A stretch of 63,530 nucleotides of DNA, the filler included. It is 4 parts of 4 records of this genome, joined end to end, with 100 filler letters (N's around TTAATTAATTAA, not from the genome) between each part and the next. Parts side by side here need not be neighbours in the genome. Positions count along the whole stretch, not along the records: positions 24,113 to 39,448 come from SRR20825019_2011; positions 39,549 to 50,937 come from SRR20825019_2016; 2 more parts are not named here. One strand, written 5' to 3'. Positions 35,856 to 45,533 of the stretch are shown here, in pieces; the first letter of the stretch is position 1, and each line of letters opens with the position of its first letter. A model generated the notes under the pieces. The model ran no database searches and had not been told where the DNA came from. It saw only the letters and a list, made by a program, of their open reading frames with translations. The translations under genes were made by a program, and so were the position numbers.

Positions 35856-37706
35856 ATGACTAAAAATATATTCTCAAATTTTAGAGGAAACCTATTTGGC
35901 GGTATTACCGCTGGTATTGTTGCACTTCCACTAGCCTTAGCTTTCGGGGTGCAATCTGGGCTAGGTCCCGATGCAGGATTGTATGGCGCCATATTTATTG
36001 GATTTTTTGCTTCACTTTTCGGAGGTACGAATACCCAAATTTCAGGCCCAACAGCTCCAATGACGGCTGTATCCATGGTGATGGTTGCAGGTATTATTGC
36101 CGCAAATAATGGCGATGTAGAAGTAGCCATGCCTTACATTTTACTTGTTTTTTTAATGGCAGGTTTAATGCAGATTTTATTAGGCATTACAGGCGTTGGT
36201 AAATACATAAAGTACATTCCATATCCCGTGGTTTCAGGATTTATGACGGCAATTGGGGTGATAATTTTAATTACGCAACTACTTCCTGTTTTAGGATATT
36301 ATACTGAAAATGACACCGCTTTTATTGAAACCTTCAAGCCAAAAGCTGAAGAAGTATTAATGACAAAAATCCTTAAGGACGAAGCTGGTGAAGGCATTTT
36401 GGTTCTTGAAGATTTTAGAGAAACCGTAGAACGCTCTGAAAAAATTTCAGAAGAAGAAATTTTACAAGAAGCAAAAACGCTAGCAAAAGCAGAAAACTCT
36501 GGTGTAGCCGGCGCAATTAAAGCATTGCCTAGAGCCCTTTCATTTATAAATTGGTTAGAGTTTATTTTAGCTTCGCTTACCATTTTAATAATTTTTGGTT
36601 TCAAAAAAATAACTACTAAAATACCAAGTACCTTGGTGGCATTACTGGTAGTTTCAGTCGGTGCGTATGCACTAAACCTAGACTACCAACCTATTGACCA
36701 AATTCCAGGAGGATTCCCAATCCCAAACATAGATATGTTTAGTCAATTTCAATTTGGGCAAATTTCTCCTTATGTTTTTACGGCATTAACATTAGCTTTT
36801 TTAGGAAGTATCGATTCCTTATTAACTTCTGTAGTTGCAGACAATATGACTAAAACCAAACACAACCCGAATCAGGAATTGATGGGGCAAGGGATTGGTA
36901 ATAGTGTAGCTGCAATTTTTGGAGGTATTCCAGGAGCGGGGGCAACAATTCGTACCGTTGTAAACATAAATGCTGGAGGAACAACCAAACTTTCAGGAAT
37001 GGTAGCCGCAGTATTACTGCTCGTTATTTTATTGGCGTTAGGCCCAATAGCTTCTCAAATTCCAGCGGCTGTACTTGCAGGGATTTTGATAACTGTTGGG
37101 ATCGGTGTAATGGATTATAAAGGACTAAAAGCAATTCCAAAAATGCAAAAAGCCGAAGTAACCATTATGATTGTAGTAATGCTACTTTCTGTGTTTTGGA
37201 ACTTGGTATATGCCGTAGGAATTGGGCTCGTTTTAGCTTCAATTATATTTATGAAAAAAATTGGAGACTTAACCGCTGACCAATCTAAACTAGTTCAACT
37301 TAAAAATGCGGATGAACTTTCTGTTGCTTGGAAAGATGAATTAAATTTCCCTGAAAACCTTAAAGAAGAAGTGTTTATAAAACGTTTGGAAGGACCATTG
37401 TTTTTTGGGTATACCTCAGATTTTCAAAAATTAGCAAATGAACTTCCTGATACAGCAACACATGTAATTATCAGGATGGGGAAAACACCATACATTGATC
37501 AATCGGGTTTGTACGCTTTGGAAGAAGTATTGATGAATATTTCAAGAAAAGGAATTAAAACTATTCTTGAAAACCTTCAGACGCAACCACGCGTTATGAT
37601 GGAAAAAATTGATATCATTCCAGATTTAGTTCCAAAAGATAGAATATTTGAAACTTTTGAAGAAGCATTACTATATGCGAAAGAAAACGTAAAAGATATA
37701 AGTTAA
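35856..37706 (+). CDS. Second SulP/SLC26 transporter (BicA-like) with STAS domain
   Basis: VALPLALAFG, QISGPTAPM, GAGATIRTVVN; STAS motifs GPLFFG and YIDQSG. Confidence 0.92.
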   Translation: MTKNIFSNFRGNLFGGITAGIVALPLALAFGVQSGLGPDAGLYGAIFIGFFASLFGGTNTQISGPTAPMTAVSMVMVAGIIAANNGDVEVAMPYILLVFLMAGLMQILLGITGVGKYIKYIPYPVVSGFMTAIGVIILITQLLPVLGYYTENDTAFIETFKPKAEEVLMTKILKDEAGEGILVLEDFRETVERSEKISEEEILQEAKTLAKAENSGVAGAIKALPRALSFINWLEFILASLTILIIFGFKKITTKIPSTLVALLVVSVGAYALNLDYQPIDQIPGGFPIPNIDMFSQFQFGQISPYVFTALTLAFLGSIDSLLTSVVADNMTKTKHNPNQELMGQGIGNSVAAIFGGIPGAGATIRTVVNINAGGTTKLSGMVAAVLLLVILLALGPIASQIPAAVLAGILITVGIGVMDYKGLKAIPKMQKAEVTIMIVVMLLSVFWNLVYAVGIGLVLASIIFMKKIGDLTADQSKLVQLKNADELSVAWKDELNFPENLKEEVFIKRLEGPLFFGYTSDFQKLANELPDTATHVIIRMGKTPYIDQSGLYALEEVLMNISRKGIKTILENLQTQPRVMMEKIDIIPDLVPKDRIFETFEEALLYAKENVKDIS

Positions 37707-37712
37707 AACTTA

Positions 37713-38270
37713 TTAATTTTCAGATTCAAGCTCCGTTTCTACGGGGCTTTTTTCATTTAAAATATCATAATCGCTATCGTTAAATTCTTCGACTTCCTTC
37801 ATTAGTGTAGGCAAAATTGCAGGAGCAATCATTGCTACTGGAGTATATAATACAGAAGCATCGCGTTGTTCTTCTGAAAGAATTCTATAGCTTTCTGAAG
37901 CGTTAACAAACATAAAAACTACACTGATTAAAAATGCAAATTTCAACACGTTAAAAGCACCTCCAAGGAGTTTATTAAAAATACCCAACATTGCAAAATC
38001 GGCAACTTTTGTCAATATTTTTCCTAGGAGACTGAACAAAATCATTATTAATAAAAAAGTAACAATAAATGAAACGACACTTGTTGTTCCTTCACTCAAA
38101 TTAAACCAAGCAATAAGATACTCGCCTACAAAACCTGAAAAAAACATAGCGCAATAAACGCCAACTACAATCCCAACTAACGATGCAAGCGACCGCAACA
38201 AACCTTTGCTAAAACCCATAAAAAATGCAATTATCAAAATGATGCCTATAACAATGTCTATCGTGTTCAT
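37713..38270 (-). CDS. cvpA: CvpA family membrane protein
   Basis: MNTIDIVIG...GFSKGL...NKLLGG, four TMs. ATG at 38270 is preferred over the upstream TTG. Confidence 0.85.
   Translation of the reverse strand: MNTIDIVIGIILIIAFFMGFSKGLLRSLASLVGIVVGVYCAMFFSGFVGEYLIAWFNLSEGTTSVVSFIVTFLLIMILFSLLGKILTKVADFAMLGIFNKLLGGAFNVLKFAFLISVVFMFVNASESYRILSEEQRDASVLYTPVAMIAPAILPTLMKEVEEFNDSDYDILNEKSPVETELESEN
37728..37753 (+). terminator. Intrinsic terminator for the second sulP, inside the cvpA 3' end
   Basis: aagctccgt-ttct-acggggctt followed by a T-run. Confidence 0.65.
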
Positions 38271-38345
38271 GTAGAATAAATTTTTTATAAATATACTACT
38301 TTCCAAATTCTGATTTCTGAAATGAAAATTCAGAATTGTAAAATG

Positions 38346-38353
38346 TATCTTTG
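38346..38353 (+). promoter_or_regulatory. Bacteroidota -7 promoter element
   Basis: TATCTTTG, 21 nt before ATG 38375. Confidence 0.65.
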
Positions 38354-38374
38354 CAGCTAATTAATTTATGAAAA

Positions 38375-38731
38375 ATGGCGCGCGACGAACAATTAAAGGA
38401 ACGATGGGAAGCAGTAGTGAATATGCTTGGCGACCGTTTTGCTGATGGACAAACTTTAGATTTGGACGCTATCATTTATTTGGTAGGCATACAAGAATTG
38501 GGGCAACTCCATAGAAAGTTCAAAAAAGATGAAAAATTAAACTTGATGCACATTGCTATCTGCCGTCTTTTAGAACCTTATGGATATTATGAATTTGAAT
38601 ATTTTGACGAACAAGGTTGGCCGCATTATAAAATTTTAGAACAATTGCCTACCCTTAAAGCAGGCGAACAAAGTGTTTTAATGAAAGAAGCTATTGTACA
38701 ATATTTTATTGAAAAGGAAGTGATTGTATAA
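38375..38731 (+). CDS. Conserved-looking hypothetical protein
   Basis: 118-aa ORF with its own promoter. Contains LVGIQELG...MHIAICRLL.PYGYY...GWPH. Confidence 0.8.
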   Translation: MARDEQLKERWEAVVNMLGDRFADGQTLDLDAIIYLVGIQELGQLHRKFKKDEKLNLMHIAICRLLEPYGYYEFEYFDEQGWPHYKILEQLPTLKAGEQSVLMKEAIVQYFIEKEVIV

Positions 38732-38975
38732 TTACTCTCAATAACTTAACATAGGTTTCATTAAGTTTTTGTCGCACTAAAAAACCGTTTCAGGTTTTCA
38801 ACAAAATTTTAAACGCTAACTGTCTGAAACAAGCTACAAAACCTTAAAAATATTAGAAACTTTACAGAAAAATTAATAATGTTGCAAAACAAAAGGGACA
38901 ATATATAAAACGGCAGTATTTAATGCTCTTTCAGCCAGAAAACAACAGGAAACTTCTGGCAAAAATAAAAGTAAA

Positions 38976-39448
38976 ATGATAGAAACAATAAAAACACATA
39001 TTGCAGAAGTAAATGCATTTTCTTCAACAAACAAAGAAGAAATTGAAAACTTCCGTATAAAATATCTAGGCAAAAAAGGACTTTTAAATGATTTTTTCGC
39101 CGAATTTAAAAACGTGTCTAACGATCAAAAAAAGGAATTCGGGCAGGTTATAAACACCCTTAAAAATGCTGCACAGCAAAAAGTAGATTCGCTTAAAGAA
39201 GCAATTGAAAACAATACAGAAACTAAAGGTGTTTACGGGGACCTTTCACGTCCTGGAGAATCAATTCCGTTGGGGTCGCGTCATCCTATTTCAATCGTAA
39301 AAAATAAACTTATAGACATCTTTTTACGCATTGGTTTTAACGTTTCTGAAGGACCAGAAATTGAAGACGATTGGCATAACTTTACTGCATTAAACCTGCC
39401 AGAATATCACCCTGCGCGCGATATGCAGGATACGTTTTTTATTCAGAC
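38976..39448 (+). CDS. pheS: Phenylalanine--tRNA ligase alpha subunit (5' part, truncated at contig end)
   Basis: YLGKKG, GSRHP and GPEIEDDWHNFTALNLPEYHPARDMQDTF. Confidence 0.96.
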
Positions 39449-39548
39449 NNNNNNNNNNNNNNNNNNNNNNNNNNNNNNNNNNNNNNNNNNNNTTAATTAA
39501 TTAANNNNNNNNNNNNNNNNNNNNNNNNNNNNNNNNNNNNNNNNNNNN
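39449..39548. other. Artificial contig spacer
   Basis: N44-TTAATTAATTAA-N44. Confidence 0.98.
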
Positions 39549-39609
39549 TCATTTGGGATTTCTCATTATTTGAGGGAGATAGGAAGATGATAGCCTCCTA
39601 ATCGATAAG

Positions 39610-41637
39610 TTAGTCCTTCTTGGCAACCTTGTCCTTGAGGCGAGCAATGTCACCGAGAGCACGCTTCCCGAGGAATGCGGTCACAGCACCCAGGGGAATT
39701 AGCAACTTCAGAGTCTGCACGATGTTGAGGTACACGAAGAAAGCACCGAAGAGGAGGAATATGCACACAACGGCACCAAAGAAGAGGACTGCATTGATGA
39801 AGCCCAGTCCTGCGAGGGGAAGGCCTTTCAGGTTAGCTCCAAGCATAAGGTATGCAAAGGCACTGATAACCAAAGGTGCAACGCAGAGACCGGTGAAGAC
39901 CATTGAGACTACAACGGGAGGACGCTTGTCTGGCTTATTGAATGTATGCTCGATCTCGTGCTTGACGGACAGCTCCTTGAGGGGGTTAGCACGTTCAGTG
40001 TTGGGAAGGTCTAGGGTCGCATCAGCAAGCTCCCAAACCAGAGAATTACCAATGAGAGCGTCACCGACAACAAGGGTGATCTTGTATTCGCCGGGGCCAG
40101 GGAATGCCTCCACGGTGGCGGACTTCGTGAGATCAAGCTTGAGGTGATGAACCTTGTCGCGAGGTGAAGTCACAAGTGTCACGGCCTTTCCGCTTGGCCT
40201 GTGCTGGAAAATAACAAATGCCTGCTGGGGAAGAAGGAGTTTGCCTCCAGGGCCCTTGACCGAGAACCTCACGCTAAAGCTGTCCTTGCTACCCAGCACC
40301 AGCTCTTCAGACATCTTCTTGCCCTTCTTAAGCTTGGTCTTCTCACCCTCGCCACTACGTGTCACCTCCACCTCCAAACTAGTGATGCTTGCAGTGGATG
40401 ACACTTTCACGGTGCGCTTCACGGAGTCCATAGTCTTAAACTTCTTACCCTCCAACGAGACTCTGAAATCCAGGTCAAAGAAACCGTTCTCCATCTTTGA
40501 GTCATAAAACTGGAACTTAAACTTGGTGTTTGCATCGCCGCCATCTACGGGAGTTAGCTCCACATTACTCTGGAGAATGTCATTGTCACGAGTGCTGGCG
40601 CTGTTCAAGAGGACTGTGGCGGGGGCCGCATATTCACCCATGACATTGGTCACGGTCAGCACGACATTGTTGTCATTCGCATCACCATCAGTTGACCGCG
40701 GAAGAACGTTCACCACAACAGGAACATAGAAGAAGTTGTCGGAAACCATTTTCAAACCAGCAACCACATAGTATGCCTCATCCAAGTTAGCAACAGACTT
40801 GTGGGCCAAAAAGAATTCAGCCAAGTACTCGATGTGAGAATCCTTGATTCCGGATTTCTTCTTCTTCTTGGCCTGCTTCACCAGATTGTTGGCTCCCTTG
40901 GCCACAACGGCGGTAGCCTTCAACGATGAAGTCCCGTTCTCGTCGTTGAAAGAAATCTTTTCGTCATTCACGTTATCATCGACAAAGTCCTTGATAGTGT
41001 CAATGACGGAAGCCACGTCGGACTCAATATCCTTCGCGGATTCCAATTTTTTTAACAAGAAACCCAGAATATCGTAAGCATAACCAGCATTTGTGTGGGA
41101 AGTAGTACTGTCAGCGGAAGATGTCGCGAATGATCCATCGTTCTCCAACAGAGAAACAACCCTGGGGGCCAGCTGAGCAAGATCGGAGTCACTGACTTCA
41201 AGCAAATTGCTCTTGCGGAGAGCTAAAGCGGATGTCAAAGAGAAATACATATCTTCAACAGTTGCCTCTTCGTTCGACAGGCCGCCCTTCACCGCAGTTT
41301 TCACAGTGGAAGAGACCTTAAGACCACACCCAAGCTTCTCCAGTCCAACAACACAGTTGTAGATATCGGCAGGAGTCTTGGACGAATCCAAAACCTTCTG
41401 CAAGTAGGCACACACCTCACCCTTCTTGGGTACGGCACGGCCCAAGCCTAGCCATACTGAGACAGCTTGCTGGGCATCTGCAGCGGAAGAAAACGTACCA
41501 TCGCTCTTTTGAGCGGATGACGCTGCCCTAGCCAAATTATCAACATCTTCCTTCAGAAGAGGCTCTGTGACTTCAGCTAACACGCAACCGAGAAGGAGAG
41601 TCACCACACCGACAACCCCAAGAAAACGCCGCGCCAT
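39610..41637 (-). CDS. RPN2: Ribophorin II / Swp1 (oligosaccharyltransferase subunit), intronless
   Basis: Signal peptide, PQQAF, LVVGDA, EIEHTFNKPDKRPP and three C-terminal TMs. Confidence 0.9.
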   Translation of the reverse strand: MARRFLGVVGVVTLLLGCVLAEVTEPLLKEDVDNLARAASSAQKSDGTFSSAADAQQAVSVWLGLGRAVPKKGEVCAYLQKVLDSSKTPADIYNCVVGLEKLGCGLKVSSTVKTAVKGGLSNEEATVEDMYFSLTSALALRKSNLLEVSDSDLAQLAPRVVSLLENDGSFATSSADSTTSHTNAGYAYDILGFLLKKLESAKDIESDVASVIDTIKDFVDDNVNDEKISFNDENGTSSLKATAVVAKGANNLVKQAKKKKKSGIKDSHIEYLAEFFLAHKSVANLDEAYYVVAGLKMVSDNFFYVPVVVNVLPRSTDGDANDNNVVLTVTNVMGEYAAPATVLLNSASTRDNDILQSNVELTPVDGGDANTKFKFQFYDSKMENGFFDLDFRVSLEGKKFKTMDSVKRTVKVSSTASITSLEVEVTRSGEGEKTKLKKGKKMSEELVLGSKDSFSVRFSVKGPGGKLLLPQQAFVIFQHRPSGKAVTLVTSPRDKVHHLKLDLTKSATVEAFPGPGEYKITLVVGDALIGNSLVWELADATLDLPNTERANPLKELSVKHEIEHTFNKPDKRPPVVVSMVFTGLCVAPLVISAFAYLMLGANLKGLPLAGLGFINAVLFFGAVVCIFLLFGAFFVYLNIVQTLKLLIPLGAVTAFLGKRALGDIARLKDKVAKKD

Positions 41638-41739
41638 CCTCAAGAGTTAGTCTGCCACCAACCTTTCACATCGCCGTCTAAATTATTTTAAGGGAGAGAA
41701 TACACACCCTCTTGGTTGACTCGGACGGTGAATAGCTGT

Positions 41740-42420
41740 CAGCCGGGCATACCTTGTCCGGCCCCTGGGTACTGCTATGACGCATGCTTCTCCCCAGCCA
41801 ATCCATGGGCACCAGGCCGGCCGGGCGGTCGCCGTCCTGGGCCGTGGTCGCCGGGCCGGTACCGCAATGATTACTGCGAGGTTGCTCCGGCGGACCCGGG
41901 GGACTGGGAGGTTGCCGAAAGGGGCAGCCGGTGAGCGCTCCGCCCGGGCCGGCCCGGGCCGGGCCCCCCCGGCCTCCGTCTCCCTCGGTCGGCACCCCAG
42001 TCGATCTTCAGGGCCCTCCTCGACTTGTATTTGTCGAGGGTGGGCCGTTCTGTGAGTGCTCGTTCCCGTCTCTTCTCAGGCGTGAGGGTACTCCGCCTAG
42101 CGTGGTGAGCAGGAGTCAGCACTGCGACGCCCCCGCTGACCCCGCCGCGGCCCGGCGGGCACGGGCCCGGCGCCGGGGCGCCGGCGCGGCGCGCCGGCCG
42201 GGCCGCCGGCGGCCAGACAGAGAGGCGCTCGCGTCTCACCGCTTGTTGGGGCCCCGTGCCGCGCCGCGCCGCTCCACGCCGCGCCGGCTGACGGGGGCGG
42301 CGGCCCGGAGGGTGACGCGGGCCGTCCGCAGCGCTCTGACGTGACCGAACGGCTGCCCGGCGCACGTGCCCCGGCCCGGCTTATCCTGCTTGCTGAACGC
42401 TGAGGTTGCAGTGGGGTTCT
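41740..42420. promoter_or_regulatory. GC-rich island between divergent RPN2 and THUMP genes
   Basis: Composition and position. Confidence 0.5.
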
Positions 42421-42677
42421 GCAACTGGAATTACGAATGCCTCCCTCTCCTTCAGCCTCCGGCTACAGTTACGCGGCCCAAGTTGGTAACTTCAAAGCAC
42501 GTGAACTAGTCTCCAGTTGCGCCGGCGCATTTTCGCCTACTTGTAATCACTTGAAAGCTAGTAATTGAAACTGTGATCCCACTACGCCAAAACCCTGCAT
42601 AATCTATTTGTGACATGAGAGTGTATTTCGTCTGTTGGGGTATTTGAGTATCGTATATTCGCTGTCGATAGTGAACT

Positions 42678-44148
42678 ATGGGGGCTGTGTGGTGTATGCC
42701 ATGGAATAAGAACAAAGACGACGTTCTAGATACCACTATTCCAGCTGGTGCGCGTCCTATTCGCCAGGCTGGTAGCCCATCTAAACCCGGAAAGAAAGGG
42801 AAGAAGTATCTACAGCTAAATGACTCTCAGTATTCTCCACCTGCCCCCGCAAAATCGTTTACGTACTTTGGGACGATTTGCTTTGGGCTCGAGGATCCGG
42901 CGGCTGAGGAGATACAGGAAAAAATTTGCCCTACCCTGATAAGAATACTCCATGGCAAGGTCATTTTCACAACGGACAAGCCGCTTGAGGAGATCCTGAG
43001 ACTGCGATGCATTCAAAATCTATACGCTTACATTGTGGAGGTTGACTGGGCTGTAGAGGGACAGAAGGCTTTGGAGTGTTTGGGTGGCATGCCACTCCAT
43101 GGAGGTAGTATAGTCTTTCATAAGTCCTTTGCGGCCAACTAAACTGTATCTGCAGAGGCCAAATGGGACGATGCCCTTGAGCTTTTTGCCAAGCGGCATC
43201 CTGCTGTACCACTCAGTGAGTTCCGAGTAGTGTGCAGTCGAAATTGTTTTTGCAAGACCAAGTGTCAGGGTTTTATGGCGGCAGAAGTAGAAAATGCAAT
43301 TCGTGAGTTTGTTGTCATATATTTGGTGTGGTTCTTTTTTTTTTGACAAGGCTTCCTCCGAGTAGAGCTGGGGATTCAATACAAACATCCAATATGGCGG
43401 GCCAGGGGGAAGGGATGCCCGCTTCAGGTTTTTGCACACGTTGTTGACAGGAGAGCAGTTCTCGGGATCAATTTGACCCCGGAGACTCTTGATAAGAGAT
43501 ACAAGGGGGTGCAAGGGGGTTCAAAAACTGTGATGCGGGCCAGCCTGGCCGCCGCCTTAACGAGACTCGCTGGCATCAAACCAGGCGACTTTGTAGTGGA
43601 TCCCATGTGCGCGGCAGGTTGGCACCTCGTGCGTTTGTAGTTTTCTCCTTTGCTGACCATGACCAGGCATTCTTATTTCGGAAGCAGCTTTGGGTAGCCA
43701 TGATGCATCATTTTGCGGTGGAGATGCGTCAACAAAAACAGTAACAGCGGCCAAGGAGAATGCCCTTCAGGCAGGGGCCAGTGGGGTGGACTTCGTTCGC
43801 TTTGATGGGGTGTATTTCCCATGGAGAGCAGGGAAAGTGGACGTGATCATGTCTGACATGCCGTGCGGGGTCAGAACAGATAGTTACCGCATAGACAATA
43901 CATTGTACAAGAAATTGCTCAAGGAAATGAGCAGGATTCTGAAGGTTGGTGGCAAGATAGTGATTGTTTCATTCGAAAGAAGGTTGCTGGATACTCAACT
44001 AAAGAAGTCCCCTAACTTAAAGGTTGCGAAGGAAGTGAAGGTATAGCTGTGTGTCCGCGGGTTTAATTACATCTTCGCTCACTGTCTCTTGAAGTTAAAT
44101 ATTGGCCAGTTCCCCAACGCAGTGCTCTACATTCTTGTGAAGGAGTAA
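42678..44148 (+). CDS. THUMP-domain SAM-dependent RNA m2G methyltransferase (THUMPD2/3, Trm14-like), 5 exons
   Basis: Spliced product contains FGLEDPAAEEI, GKVIF, FRVVCSR, MRASLAAAL, VVDPMCAAG.L.SEA and DVIMSDMPCG. Four GT-AG introns. Confidence 0.8.
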
Positions 44149-44207
44149 ACGCCTAGAGGGACATTGCTCTCTAACAAATGATCACATGGTTTGACACCTG
44201 CTGTCTA

Positions 44208-44720
44208 TCAAAAGTCATCGTCTCTGGTTGCTGAGCCTAAAACCGCACTCTGCATAAGTGCCTCATTCAACTGAGACAGGAATCCTTCCCTGTCAAACGG
44301 ACTAATCACAACGGTATTGAAACAGCAGCAACCCCCTTGACACTGAATTCGTACTTTTCGAGAGGAAAAGGCGAAGTTGATGCCATCTGCCGAGAAGCAA
44401 CGGTCATCCGAAAATGCTTGTATTACCGTATCTAAGGATACGTCGAACCTGCAAGGCCATCCCAACCCTACCCGAATCTTATCACTATGTATTTCAACCT
44501 TCCGTGGCAATACACACCAGTAGGCCACCATAACTGCTGCAGAGAAGAAGAAACTACTGTGTGCACCTTGTAGGGATTTCTCAACCAGAGCCCATCCGCT
44601 AACAAGCCCCAACACCGGTATTAGAGCCAGCAGGAGCACCGCCAGTGTGCTGTAATGGGCAGGAGTCCTAAATAACAACATACAGCGGAAAGGGTGTTGA
44701 AATTTGTGCTTGGAGACCAC
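44208..44720 (-). CDS. Small membrane protein (2 TMs plus a beta-rich, PH-like C-terminus); true start probably in an upstream exon
   Basis: 170-aa ORF: two hydrophobic helices, then LPRKVEIHSDKIRV...VISP.DREGF. Confidence 0.6.
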   Translation of the reverse strand: MVSKHKFQHPFRCMLLFRTPAHYSTLAVLLLALIPVLGLVSGWALVEKSLQGAHSSFFFSAAVMVAYWCVLPRKVEIHSDKIRVGLGWPCRFDVSLDTVIQAFSDDRCFSADGINFAFSSRKVRIQCQGGCCCFNTVVISPFDREGFLSQLNEALMQSAVLGSATRDDDF

Positions 44721-45533
44721 TTATAAATAAAAGGAACGCGCACTGAGCACTGTTTTTACAGCCGGGGGAGGGGGGGCAACCGTACACACCCAGGCTCAAG
44801 TTTCATGTGGTCAGTGCTGGCATAGAAACTGTCAACTGCTCAGTCTGGCCTTGTTGGATGCGGCCTGTCGGCGGCGCCTCCTGGCCTGCTCGGGCTCCGG
44901 GCAGGGTTCGCGCGGTGGTCCCGGTGGTGCAGTACGCCAGGCATCGGCCACTCGCCGGCCGGCCCGAACCGCTGCCGAACAACTGGCCTGCGGTGCAGTG
45001 GCCGGAGCGCGGCGTGTCGCTGCACTCCACAGGAGGTGGCACGGCCTCACCACCACGATGGTGGCTCGGCCGGGCCTCAGCTGCACTGGCAGCCGAGTCG
45101 TGACGTGGTCACGTCCACAGGTGAGCTGACCGTGCGAGTAGTGATGAGTCGCCTTTCCACCTTGTGTAACGATCGGATGGTATATTTGTTCTCCTGGATA
45201 GATCAATTGATTTCAAAAGTCACAAATAATGATTAGATTTCTATAATTAGAAATAAAAAGATCGATATGTGTTCACGCGAAACAGAAACCATTGTTAACA
45301 CCATTTCTGGACCCTTACAATGAAACAACTTTGTTGTACATTGCCCGGATCAGGTTTTACCATCACTTCATGCGCCGACTTGCTCTCTAACTCAATGTGG
45401 TTGCATAAGTATACCATTCGTCCTTTCTCGCAGCTCATCCCCACCCCATAATGTCCGCTCCCATGTCACTGTTGGCCAAATTTGTTATCACTGTACAACA
45501 CATCGAATGTGAGACAAAACGAGATAGATTTAT

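Noticed and set aside
38306-38338. Imperfect inverted repeat between cvpA and the divergent gene
   Set aside because: AT-rich, single instance and no regulator nearby, so it cannot be supported as an operator.
38780-38975. pheM-like attenuator upstream of pheS
   Set aside because: The short ORF (MLQNKRDNI) has no Phe codons. The gccagaa/ttctggc stem alone is insufficient.
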